In this document: one piece after another, positions 35,621 through 45,230 of the stretch
Numbering within the stretch: position 1 is the stretch's first letter
Layout: each line of letters begins with the position of its first letter
NCBI GenBank assembly: GCA_902577425.1
Contig: CACGZD010000001.1
Location: 401,513-465,512, forward strand
DNA: 64,000 bases
Reading direction: 5' to 3'
Origin: an uncultured Alphaproteobacteria bacterium
GTDB taxonomy: Bacteria; Pseudomonadota; Alphaproteobacteria; HIMB59; GCA-002718135
Made by a program: the position numbers and the translations under genes
Notes under the pieces: model-generated
What the model saw: the letters and a program-made list of their open reading frames with translations, nothing else
What the model was told of the DNA's origin: nothing
The model's database searches: none

Positions 35621-37531
35621 ATGTGCGGAGTATCGGGAATAATATCAAAAAAAAATATTGTTGATCAAGAAAATATTCTTTTTATGAATGAAATGATAAA
35701 TCATCGTGGTCCTGATCAATCAGGTTATTTAAAATATAAAAACTTATTACTTGGACATGTAAGACTATCAGTTCTAGACATATCAGACAAAGGTAGACAA
35801 CCTATGTCAGTAAATGGTCAGCATTGGATTATTTTTAATGGCGAGGTTTATAATTATAAAGAAATAAAAGAAGATTTAATAAAAAAAAATTATAAATTTC
35901 ACTCTAAAACAGACACTGAAGTTGTTTTAAATGCATTTATTGAATGGGGGACAGAATGTTTTTCAAAATTTAATGGAGATTGGGTAATAGCCATTTTTGA
36001 TAAAAAAACAGAAGATATGATAATTGCTCGTGATGGAATAGGTTGTAAACCATGTTATATTTATGAAGATCAAGAGAGTTTTGTTTTTTCTTCAGAAATG
36101 AAAGGTTTATTTGGCTATAAATCTAATATTGATTTTGAAGCAGAAAATCTTGGGATACACCCAAATACATTATTTAGTTGTTCAAAAACTTTTTTTAAAA
36201 ACATCAGTCAATTACCACCGGGAAGATTGATTAGAATAAATATTAGAAATTTTGATAAAAAAACTGAAAGATGGAATTTTCCTTTAGAAAATCTTCCGCC
36301 GATACATTCTAGCTATATGGTAAATCAAGGAGAGTATTTTGATTTATTATATAATGCTACAAAATTAAGACTCGATGCTGATTTAAAAATAGGAACTTCA
36401 TTAAGTGGAGGTATAGATTCTTCAGTTATCTTTACTTTATTAAACTTGATACAGAAAAATGAAAAATTGCTTGATCATAAAAAACTCGATTTGAATCCCA
36501 TTATCATGAACTATAAAGAATGTTTAACTTCTAAAGAAGCTATTGAAATAGCAAAGATAAATAATAGAAATTATAAGATTGTAGATTTTGAAAACAACAA
36601 CAATGAACAAATTGAAACAATAATGAAACTTGTAACTAAATTGGAAGTTATTGAAGAATATTCGATGCATCCTTTATTATATGAGAATCAAAAAAAAATG
36701 GGAATTCATGTAAGCATAGATGGTCATGGAGCAGATGAATTTCTAGGTTTGCCAAACTTTATACCCAATCTGACAGTTTCTTTATATAATGACATATTAA
36801 ATATTAAGGAAGTTGCAAAAAAATTTGGCAATCAAAGCACTATAGACACAATAAATAATATGTTTGGTAGGATAGACGATAAAGGCAGTCCAAAATCTTT
36901 TAAACAACATCTGGATACCAATAATTATTTTGCAAAATATACCAGTGGTAATAATTTTGATTATACCTCTAGTTTATTGCTTGAAGATATTAATGCCTTG
37001 CAAGAATTTGATTATTCAACTCAATTTACATACATGATCGGTTATTGTGGCTTTATGCAGTATTTTTTAAGCAAATGGGATAGAGCATCAATGTCAAGCG
37101 CTGTAGAAGTTAGATCTCCTTTCTTAGATCCTAAGGTAATTAAATATTCCTTGGCCTTGCCAATAAACAAAAAGATAAAAAATGGTATCACGAAGGCAAT
37201 TCTTCGTGACTCAATGGAGCCATACTTACCAGAATCTATCTTGAGACAAACATTTAAACAGGGACTACCTCAAAAAAAGGATAATTTTGAAAATCTAAAA
37301 AATAATAATGCATTAGATGAAATAATTAATAACAAATCATTTAAAGAATCAGGTTTATGGGACCATAACTCAATTTTATATGATTTTAATAATAAAAAAA
37401 ACCTAAATAAAATTTGGCAATTATCTAAACATTACCTTCTAAAAGAAGGATTCAAAAATCACAGCTATGATGTTAGACAAAAAAAAATCAAAAAATGTTA
37501 CGAAGGTAATGATCTATCATTAAAAACTTAA
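35621..37531 (+). CDS. asnB: Asparagine synthase (glutamine-hydrolysing) family amidotransferase
   Basis: 636 aa with the Ntn nucleophile MCG and the PP-loop SLSGGIDSS. Confidence 0.8.
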   Translation: MCGVSGIISKKNIVDQENILFMNEMINHRGPDQSGYLKYKNLLLGHVRLSVLDISDKGRQPMSVNGQHWIIFNGEVYNYKEIKEDLIKKNYKFHSKTDTEVVLNAFIEWGTECFSKFNGDWVIAIFDKKTEDMIIARDGIGCKPCYIYEDQESFVFSSEMKGLFGYKSNIDFEAENLGIHPNTLFSCSKTFFKNISQLPPGRLIRINIRNFDKKTERWNFPLENLPPIHSSYMVNQGEYFDLLYNATKLRLDADLKIGTSLSGGIDSSVIFTLLNLIQKNEKLLDHKKLDLNPIIMNYKECLTSKEAIEIAKINNRNYKIVDFENNNNEQIETIMKLVTKLEVIEEYSMHPLLYENQKKMGIHVSIDGHGADEFLGLPNFIPNLTVSLYNDILNIKEVAKKFGNQSTIDTINNMFGRIDDKGSPKSFKQHLDTNNYFAKYTSGNNFDYTSSLLLEDINALQEFDYSTQFTYMIGYCGFMQYFLSKWDRASMSSAVEVRSPFLDPKVIKYSLALPINKKIKNGITKAILRDSMEPYLPESILRQTFKQGLPQKKDNFENLKNNNALDEIINNKSFKESGLWDHNSILYDFNNKKNLNKIWQLSKHYLLKEGFKNHSYDVRQKKIKKCYEGNDLSLKT

Positions 37532-38580
37532 ACACAAGGGTTGGGGTCTTCTAAATGTATTTTTTCTATCTCCTTTAAAATTTCATTTGAGAGAACAATA
37601 TCTATACTATCTATATTTTCTTTAAGTTGTTCCATTGTAGTTGCTCCGATAATATTGCTCGTTACAAATGGTCTATCATTAACAAAAGCATTAGCAAATG
37701 TAGAAGGGGCAATGTTATATTTTTTTGCCAAGTTAACATATTTTGAAATAGCTACTTCTCCTCTTGGAGTTCTATGTCTTTCAAAAATAGATGCGAAAAG
37801 TGTATATCTTGCATTTTTTGGATTTTGATTATTTAAATATTTTCCGCTTAAACGCCCTCCTGCTAATGGAGAATAAGCTAATAAACCACAGTTTTCTCTT
37901 AATGACACTTCTGAGTTAGCTATATCAAAAACTCGATTAACTAAATTATAAACATTTTGAATTGAAACCATAATAGGTAAATTTTTTTCTTTAGCAACCT
38001 GCATAAATTTCATTACGCCCCAAGGTGTTTCATTAGAAACTCCTATATGTCTTACTTTGCCTTGATCTATTAATAGCTTTAAGTTTTCTAAAACTTCTTC
38101 AATTTCGGTCCATTCATTATCATTTGGATCATATTCAAAATCCATAACTCCAAATTTTGGAACATTTCTTTCTGGCCAATGAAGTTGGTATAAATCAACA
38201 TAATCAGTTTTTAATCTTTTTAGACTAGTCTCAATAGCAGCATTTACATTTTTTTTATTAAAACTTAATTTTTTTCCACCTTCTCTTACCCAAGAAAGTC
38301 CACTTGATTTAGAAGCTATTTTTGTTGCTAAAATAATTTTATCTCTATTTTTTTTAGATTTTATCCAATTCCCAACTATCTCTTCAGTTTTACCATATGT
38401 TTCAACTCTTGTTGGAACAGCATACATTTCAGCTGTATCAATAAAATTGATTCCTTTATCGATTGCATAGTCCATTTGTGCAAAACCATCTTTTTCAGAG
38501 TTTTGCTCACCAAAAGTCATGGTTCCAAGGCAAATAACGCTTACATCAATATCTGTATTTCCTAATTTTCTATACCTCAT
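37528..38580 (-). CDS. Aldo/keto reductase (Tas-like)
   Basis: 350 aa with MRYRKLGNTDIDVSVICLGTMTFG, IDTAEMY and LYQLHWP. Confidence 0.85.
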   Translation of the reverse strand: MRYRKLGNTDIDVSVICLGTMTFGEQNSEKDGFAQMDYAIDKGINFIDTAEMYAVPTRVETYGKTEEIVGNWIKSKKNRDKIILATKIASKSSGLSWVREGGKKLSFNKKNVNAAIETSLKRLKTDYVDLYQLHWPERNVPKFGVMDFEYDPNDNEWTEIEEVLENLKLLIDQGKVRHIGVSNETPWGVMKFMQVAKEKNLPIMVSIQNVYNLVNRVFDIANSEVSLRENCGLLAYSPLAGGRLSGKYLNNQNPKNARYTLFASIFERHRTPRGEVAISKYVNLAKKYNIAPSTFANAFVNDRPFVTSNIIGATTMEQLKENIDSIDIVLSNEILKEIEKIHLEDPNPCV

Positions 38581-38663
38581 ATTAAATTTATATTAATTTT
38601 TTCCTAAATATCTTGAATTTAACAAATTTATAGCGATATTAGTAATAATTAAAAGGAGAATTT

Positions 38664-39413
38664 ATGGCTTTAGACTTTAATCAAAGAACTTATTCAAAAA
38701 CAGCTGATCAAGCTGGTATTGATGAGGGTTTAAGAGCATATATGCTGAAAGTTTATAACTATATGACAACCGGCTTAGTACTTACTGGTTTTATAGCTTA
38801 TTTTTTTGGTAAAGCATCAGTAGCAGCATTTACACCAAATGGGGTTATTTTAACACCACTTGGACAAGCTCTTTTTAATTCTGGTTTATCATGGATTATC
38901 ATGCTTGCCCCATTAGGGTTTGTTTTTTATCTAAGTGCTAGAATTAATAAAATGTCTGTTTCAAGTGCTCAAATTACATTTTGGTTGTTTGCATCAATTA
39001 TGGGATTGTCCCTGGCATCTGTGTTTGTGCAGTTTACTGGTACATCTATAGCAAGAGTATTTTTTATTACTGCAGGAACTTTTGCAGCAATGAGTCTTTA
39101 TGGCTACACAACAAAAAGAGACTTAACAAAACTTGGTGGCTTTTTATTTATGGGCTTAATTGGAATTATCTTGGCAAGCATTGTTAATATTTTTGTTCAA
39201 TCTGGCCCTATGGCTTTTGTAATTTCGATAATAGGGGTTTTAGTATTTGTTGGTTTAACAGCATATGATACTCAAACTATTAAAAACATGTATTATGCAG
39301 GAGACTCAGATTCAGTTGGTTCTAAAAAAGCTTTAATGGGAGCTCTAAGATTATACCTTGATTTTATCAATTTATTTATACTTTTATTGCAACTTTTCGG
39401 GCAAAGAAGATAA
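38664..39413 (+). CDS. Bax inhibitor-1/YccA family membrane protein
   Basis: 249 aa with 7 TM helices, N-terminal GLRAYMLKVYNYM and C-terminal LYLDFINLF. Confidence 0.85.
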   Translation: MALDFNQRTYSKTADQAGIDEGLRAYMLKVYNYMTTGLVLTGFIAYFFGKASVAAFTPNGVILTPLGQALFNSGLSWIIMLAPLGFVFYLSARINKMSVSSAQITFWLFASIMGLSLASVFVQFTGTSIARVFFITAGTFAAMSLYGYTTKRDLTKLGGFLFMGLIGIILASIVNIFVQSGPMAFVISIIGVLVFVGLTAYDTQTIKNMYYAGDSDSVGSKKALMGALRLYLDFINLFILLLQLFGQRR

Positions 39414-39432
39414 AATTTCTTCATTACACAAT

Positions 39433-39465
39433 AAAACCTGACTATATTATAGTCAGGTTTTTTTT
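39433..39465 (+). terminator. Rho-independent terminator abutting the next start codon
   Basis: CCTGACTA (39437-39444) pairs with TAGTCAGG (39450-39457) around a 5-nt loop. The T-run at 39458-39465 runs directly into the ATG at 39466. Confidence 0.6.
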
Positions 39466-41265
39466 ATGTCTGATATTTCTTTAAACAGCATTTTAAATGA
39501 ATTTCAAAATTCTGATAAACTAACTGCATTTAACAAACTAAAAAAATTTACGGAAGAAAATCCTAAAGATATTATCGCATTATATAATCTAGGTTATATG
39601 TGTGAAATTTTAAAGAAAATAGACGAAGCAATAACTATATACAAAAAAGTATTAATAAAAAATAAGCTTCATTGGCAGTCACGATTTAACTTAAGTTTAA
39701 TTTTTTTTCAAAAAAAACAGTATGATAAATGTCTACCTCTTTTAGAAGAAGTATTAAAAATAAATCCAGCTTTTCACTCTGCATTAAGAGAAAAAGCAAA
39801 TGTATATTTTCATCAAGACAAAATTGATGATGCAAAAAAAATAATTAATAATTTTATAAAATTAAATCCTAATGATCCTGTAAGTTTAAATATTCAAGGA
39901 CTTATTTATCTAAAAAGCAATGAAATAGAAAAAGCAAAAGAGATATTTTTAAAAGGAATTGAAATAAGTCCTAATTACTATCCTATTTTAAATAACCTAA
40001 GTACTTGTTTTCGACAGTTGGATGAACCAAAAATAGCAATAGATTATCTCAAAAAAACTTTAAAAATTTCACCTAATTTTATCGAAGGCATCATAAATAT
40101 GGGCGCACTATTAATAGAAACGGGTAAATATGATGAAGGAATAAGATATTTAAAAAGCGTTAAAGAAAAAACGAACAATAATGCAGTTAATTTAAACTTG
40201 GCTATTGGATATTTTTTTAATGAAAATTTTGATAAAGCTGAAAAATATTTTCAATATGTGGAAAAAGAAGATCCTAATAATGATAATTTTAAGAAAAATT
40301 ATTCATCATTTTTAATATATAAACAAGAATATCAAAAAGCATGGAATCTGCTTTCCAAAATAAAAAATAAAGATAAATTTATTATACAAGGAAGCTATAT
40401 GGATAACATAAAGGAAAAAATTAGCTCATTTCAAGATATTTCTAAAAATGATAAAATGCTTTTAATAAAAGAACAGGGTGTTGGTGATGAAATTTTGTTC
40501 AGCTCAATTTATAGCGATGTATTGAATACATATCCCAATACTATTATTGAGGCTGATGAAAGATTAATTTCTCTTTTTAAAAGATCATTTAAGTCTGATA
40601 ATTTTGTTGCCTATAAGAAAATATCTTCGTCTAAAGATCAGTTAAAAAAATATGATAAAGTAATTTTTGCAGGAAATTTGCCTTCAAAATTTAGAAATAC
40701 CAAAGATAGCTTTCCTCAAAAAGCATTTCTGAAAGCTGATTCAGCTAATATGCAAAATATAAAAGAAACTTTAGATAAAAAATGTAAAAAAATAAAAATT
40801 GGTTTTTCTTGGCTAAGTAAAAGAAAATTTTTTGGAGAAGAAAAATCAATTAATTTAAATTCTTTTTTACCAATTCTAAAAATACCAGAAATATCTTTTA
40901 TTAACTTACAATATGGAAATTATGAAAAAGAAATAGAAAATTTAAACAAAAAAGAAAAATTGGAGATTCTGAATTATCCAAATATTGATTTATTTAATGA
41001 CTTTGAAAACTTGGCTGCCTTACTGGTAAACCTAGATTTATTCATAACAATTAGTAGCTCTACTGCACACCTAGCAGGAGGGTTAGGTGTACCAACTTGG
41101 TTAATTAAACCCAAGAACAATGCATCTTTTCATTATTGGTTTCAACCAAATGATAAAACTCCATGGTACCCAAGTATTACCTTATTTTCACAAACCAAAG
41201 GGTGCAAAGATACAATAAAGAAAATAAAAGATAAAATATCAGAGCAATTTGATTTTAAGAATTAA
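39466..41265 (+). CDS. TPR-repeat protein fused to a glycosyltransferase family 9-like domain (paralog of 12316-13785)
   Basis: 599 aa. The N-terminal two-thirds are TPR units. The C-terminal part has EQGVGDEILF, SSSTAHLAGGLGVPTWL and TPWYPSITLFSQ; the paralog has TPWYPSMKLFRQ. Confidence 0.7.
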   Translation: MSDISLNSILNEFQNSDKLTAFNKLKKFTEENPKDIIALYNLGYMCEILKKIDEAITIYKKVLIKNKLHWQSRFNLSLIFFQKKQYDKCLPLLEEVLKINPAFHSALREKANVYFHQDKIDDAKKIINNFIKLNPNDPVSLNIQGLIYLKSNEIEKAKEIFLKGIEISPNYYPILNNLSTCFRQLDEPKIAIDYLKKTLKISPNFIEGIINMGALLIETGKYDEGIRYLKSVKEKTNNNAVNLNLAIGYFFNENFDKAEKYFQYVEKEDPNNDNFKKNYSSFLIYKQEYQKAWNLLSKIKNKDKFIIQGSYMDNIKEKISSFQDISKNDKMLLIKEQGVGDEILFSSIYSDVLNTYPNTIIEADERLISLFKRSFKSDNFVAYKKISSSKDQLKKYDKVIFAGNLPSKFRNTKDSFPQKAFLKADSANMQNIKETLDKKCKKIKIGFSWLSKRKFFGEEKSINLNSFLPILKIPEISFINLQYGNYEKEIENLNKKEKLEILNYPNIDLFNDFENLAALLVNLDLFITISSSTAHLAGGLGVPTWLIKPKNNASFHYWFQPNDKTPWYPSITLFSQTKGCKDTIKKIKDKISEQFDFKN

Positions 41266-41959
41266 ATTTTTTGTTTAAATATTTTTCTTTTTCACTATGC
41301 CATTCTTTTGAAAATTCAACATCTTTCCATTCGTCAAACCATGGGCCGCCTCTGGTAAAATGAACTGCATATGGTTTTGTATTATTATTTTTTGAGGTCC
41401 ACCCTTCAAGCCAATTCCATCTTTCATCTATTGATCCAATTTCATCATCTTTTAGCCATTTCAATTGATGAAGAAAACTTCCAGACTCTGAATTAACAAT
41501 ATCGATAGTTAATTTTTTATTGCTTGGATGAGAACAATTAAAAACCATAAAACTAGACCAGTTTTTTCGAGGGTAGATTGTTTGTTTTTTTCCATCCATT
41601 TTATGTCTTTCTTTAGGTGTATAATTATGTTGTACACAATATAAGGCCTTATCCTCGTCGATAGTTTCAAATAATAAAGAGATGTCTTGAAAAAAAAGAA
41701 AGTCACAATCACAGAAAATTGCCCAACCTTTATAATTCATTAATGCTGGTACTAAAAATCTAGAGTAGGTAAATTCTGTTGACGCCAAAGGATCAATATT
41801 TCTAGTATAAAGTTTTTTTGAAACTAATTCATATAATTTTAAAGATTGAATATTTAGAGTAATAGTTGAAGTATTAATCAAAGAATTTTTACAAACTCTA
41901 TAAGCTATATCTTCTTTAGAATCATAACCGATATAAAATGATAAATCTTTAATTTTCAT
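41255..41959 (-). CDS. Glycosyltransferase family 8-like protein
   Basis: 234 aa with a DxD-type CDCDFLF and the GT8-like C-terminal motif HFTRGGPW. Confidence 0.55.
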   Translation of the reverse strand: MKIKDLSFYIGYDSKEDIAYRVCKNSLINTSTITLNIQSLKLYELVSKKLYTRNIDPLASTEFTYSRFLVPALMNYKGWAIFCDCDFLFFQDISLLFETIDEDKALYCVQHNYTPKERHKMDGKKQTIYPRKNWSSFMVFNCSHPSNKKLTIDIVNSESGSFLHQLKWLKDDEIGSIDERWNWLEGWTSKNNNTKPYAVHFTRGGPWFDEWKDVEFSKEWHSEKEKYLNKKFNS

Positions 41960-43280
41960 AAGATATCATTTCTAATTCATCATGAAATTGATTTAAGATC
42001 ATTGGTTTTTTCCATTCAAGAGTATTAAAGTAACCTCCCTCAGAAACTGAGGACCAGACTTTTTGATTTTTTTTTGTAATTATACAAACCCACATATTGT
42101 TTTCTTCACCGTTTTTAGATCTCATATTCCATGCATTAATTTTTTGAACATCACCACTATCACCCTCTTCAATTTTTGCCATCAATATACAAACTTCTTT
42201 TTTAGGTTGTAAATCAAGTAAATCTTTAATTTGATTTCTTGCTTCTGCCCACTTTTTATCAGAAATTAATGATTCAACTAGCAAAACTTTAGATTCATAA
42301 TTATTTTTATTTGAGCCAACAACAAATTTTGTCAAATTTGCAAGATCCATTTTTAAATTTATAGCTAAAGTGCTTAAAAGTGATTTATATTCTGTATGAG
42401 GATTTTCTGACCACGCCTTTTTAAAAAATTTTTTAGCAATATTGTAATCTTTGTTTTGAATTAATAATTCTAAATATAGTTTTATATAAGGAGGAAAGTA
42501 TTTTCTTAGTTTTAAAGATTGTTTTATAAAATAGATAGACTCTTTTAATTCACTATATCTTTTAATTTTGGAAATTTCAAAATATGCTATAGATTTGTTG
42601 ACTTCACATGTATTTTTGTCGGCAACTCTTTTTGATAGTGCCTTATCTGAAATATTAATTAATTGCTGCCAATTATTAGTCTTGCTTAAGATTCCAACTA
42701 GTGTTTCATATATTTTATCAACCTGAGGATTATTTTTAAACAATTTCTCACCATATATAAATGCATGATGATAATCCTGAGCTCGTAAATATTGTTCCAT
42801 TAATCCACGAAATCCAAGGTTTTGAGTTGATTCATTTTTAATCATTTGTTCGTAAATATTGTGAAGTTCAGGATATTTTTTTTCGATTTTATAAACTTCA
42901 GATTTAAGTAATAAAGAAAGAGATTTATTCTCTTGTAAATAATTATCTACTTTTTTACTTTCAGATATAGCTTTTTTAAAATCTTTGTTTGCTAAAGCAA
43001 ACATTCCATTCACAAAAGAAGTATATCCTTTTTCTTTCTTTTTAATTTTATTAAAAATTATAAACTTACTAATTTGATATTTTGACTTAAAATAAAAAGA
43101 TTGAAATAAAAAAATTACAATAAAAATAACTAATAAAAATATAAAAATAAATTCAGAAGATACAGAATAAATAAAATCTTTAATTACAAATGAAATAATA
43201 AAATTATTATTGATAAGAAATGAAAATAAAAGTGTTATTAATATTAACTGAATAACTATAAATAAAAACTTTCTCATCAT
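41949..43280 (-). CDS. HemY-like TPR membrane protein
   Basis: 443 aa with two N-terminal TM helices, a HemY_N-like block (KGYTSFVNGMFALANKDFKKA) and TPR-like helices. Confidence 0.65.
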   Translation of the reverse strand: MMRKFLFIVIQLILITLLFSFLINNNFIISFVIKDFIYSVSSEFIFIFLLVIFIVIFLFQSFYFKSKYQISKFIIFNKIKKKEKGYTSFVNGMFALANKDFKKAISESKKVDNYLQENKSLSLLLKSEVYKIEKKYPELHNIYEQMIKNESTQNLGFRGLMEQYLRAQDYHHAFIYGEKLFKNNPQVDKIYETLVGILSKTNNWQQLINISDKALSKRVADKNTCEVNKSIAYFEISKIKRYSELKESIYFIKQSLKLRKYFPPYIKLYLELLIQNKDYNIAKKFFKKAWSENPHTEYKSLLSTLAINLKMDLANLTKFVVGSNKNNYESKVLLVESLISDKKWAEARNQIKDLLDLQPKKEVCILMAKIEEGDSGDVQKINAWNMRSKNGEENNMWVCIITKKNQKVWSSVSEGGYFNTLEWKKPMILNQFHDELEMISYEN

Positions 43281-44158
43281 TAATTAACCTTCATAATATT
43301 CTTTTTAAAATCTATATATAAATTAATTTGTGATATCCATTTTTCAAAATACTCTTGACTTGATTTGATAGATAAAACTTGATTTAAAGATTGTGAATAT
43401 TCCTCTGAATTAAGATGATTTTTTGCTCTTAATAAAATATTAAGATCTTCACTGTCATATAAATCTAAATCATTTGGTTTAATAGAAATATATTTTAAAA
43501 AAAATTTAATAATTGAATTATTATTTTTTTCCAAAAATTTCTTTTCTACATATTTTTGAACAGATAAGTCAAATTCTTTAACTAATTTTTCTTTTCCAAA
43601 AAAATTTTTCGCTTCTAACAAAAATAACTTTTCAAAAATTATAGCTGGTGTTTCTTTTGCTAAACTTTCTAATCTACTTATCTCACTGCTTACTATTTCA
43701 CCACTTTCATATTTCAAAATAATTAAATCCTTTAGTTCTTGGATATTTTTTGAATTAAAATTATTTTCAACTTTAGTATTATTAACAAAAGCATTATTTT
43801 CAATTAAAATATTTTTAATTTGAGATTTGATTATTTTAATTTCTTTTATCAACTCATTGTTTTCCATTTGTAATTTTTGAATCTGACTATTGGAATCTGA
43901 TTTGGTAATATTTTTATTTATTTCTACCAAAGATTGTGAATTATTATTTATCATTTCTTCAATTTTTGAAAATTTAGCTGAATTTAAATTTATTTCTTTA
44001 GTAACATTAGAAAATTTTTGCTCTAAATTAATAGCAACTTCATCAACATCTTTATAGGAGATATATAGAGCATACCCTAAAACCACTAAGAAGCCCAGTA
44101 ATATAAAACTAGTTACAAGTTTTGAAAAAGCATAAAAATAATCAGTTATTTTAAACAT
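43280..44158 (-). CDS. HemX / alphaproteobacterial Mic60 (mitofilin)-like coiled-coil membrane protein
   Basis: 292 aa with an N-terminal TM helix, a long coiled-coil (QKLQMENNELIKEIKIIKSQIKN) and a C-terminal helical domain ending EKWISQINLYIDFKKN. It lies immediately upstream of the hemY-like gene with a 1-nt overlap. Confidence 0.45.
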   Translation of the reverse strand: MFKITDYFYAFSKLVTSFILLGFLVVLGYALYISYKDVDEVAINLEQKFSNVTKEINLNSAKFSKIEEMINNNSQSLVEINKNITKSDSNSQIQKLQMENNELIKEIKIIKSQIKNILIENNAFVNNTKVENNFNSKNIQELKDLIILKYESGEIVSSEISRLESLAKETPAIIFEKLFLLEAKNFFGKEKLVKEFDLSVQKYVEKKFLEKNNNSIIKFFLKYISIKPNDLDLYDSEDLNILLRAKNHLNSEEYSQSLNQVLSIKSSQEYFEKWISQINLYIDFKKNIMKVN

Positions 44159-44222
44159 TTTGTCCTATTTTATCATTTTTGATTGGTTGTTTCACAGTAC
44201 AAATTAGAGTACTTAGATAAAA

Positions 44223-45230
44223 ATGCTTGTTTTTGCCGTAGAAACTTCTTGTGATGAAACTTCTGTGTGTATTTTAAATGATTCTAAAAAAATTCTAAGC
44301 CACATAATATATTCTCAAGAAGAGCATAAGAAGTTTGGAGGTGTTATTCCAGAAATAGCCTCCCGGGCTCATCTACAAATTTTACAAAAAATCTCAATCA
44401 AAGCCCTAAATGAAGCAAAAATATCAATTAATGAAATAGATGTTTTTTGCTCAACTTGTGGCCCTGGCTTAATTGGAGGTTTATTGGTAGGTTCAATATT
44501 TACAAAAGCATTGGCTATTGGAGCTAAAAAACCTTTTGTACCAATCAATCATCTAGAAGGACATATTTTATCTCCTACAATTAATAATAATATAGAATAT
44601 CCTTTTTTATGCTTTTTGCTAACTGGGGGTCATACTCAAATTTATCTAGTTAAATCTATTGATAATTATGAATTAATTGGTGATAGTCTAGATGATGCTA
44701 TTGGAGAAGCATTTGATAAAGTAGCTAAATTAATAGGTATGGGTTATCCTGGAGGTGCTAAAATAGAAAAATTATCAAAATATGGAGATGAAAATAGTAT
44801 AAGCTTACCCCACCCCTTAAAAAAAAATAAAGATATGAATTTTTCATTTTCAGGAATCAAAACTGCCATTAGTTTAATAATAAAAAAGCAAAACACAATT
44901 AATGATAAATTTAAATATAACTTATCAGCATCTTTTCAAAAAACAGTAACAGAAATATTAGAAAACAAATTTTTATTATCGATGGAATATCTCTGTAATA
45001 AAAATATTAATATTAAGCAAGTAGCTCTAGTTGGAGGTGTAGCATCAAATCAATACATTTACAAAAAAATAAAAGATCTTTCTTTAAAAAAAAATGTAAG
45101 CATTGTTATCCCTCCAAATAATATGTTAAGTGATAATGCTGCGATGATAGGGTGGGCTTGTTTACAAAAGTTAAAAATTAAAAAAATTGATAATTTATTT
45201 TTTAAAGAAAATCCAAGACTCTCAATTTAA
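44223..45230 (+). CDS. tsaD: tRNA N6-adenosine threonylcarbamoyltransferase
   Basis: 335 aa with ETSCDETSV, INHLEGHI and LTGGHTQ. Confidence 0.95.
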   Translation: MLVFAVETSCDETSVCILNDSKKILSHIIYSQEEHKKFGGVIPEIASRAHLQILQKISIKALNEAKISINEIDVFCSTCGPGLIGGLLVGSIFTKALAIGAKKPFVPINHLEGHILSPTINNNIEYPFLCFLLTGGHTQIYLVKSIDNYELIGDSLDDAIGEAFDKVAKLIGMGYPGGAKIEKLSKYGDENSISLPHPLKKNKDMNFSFSGIKTAISLIIKKQNTINDKFKYNLSASFQKTVTEILENKFLLSMEYLCNKNINIKQVALVGGVASNQYIYKKIKDLSLKKNVSIVIPPNNMLSDNAAMIGWACLQKLKIKKIDNLFFKENPRLSI

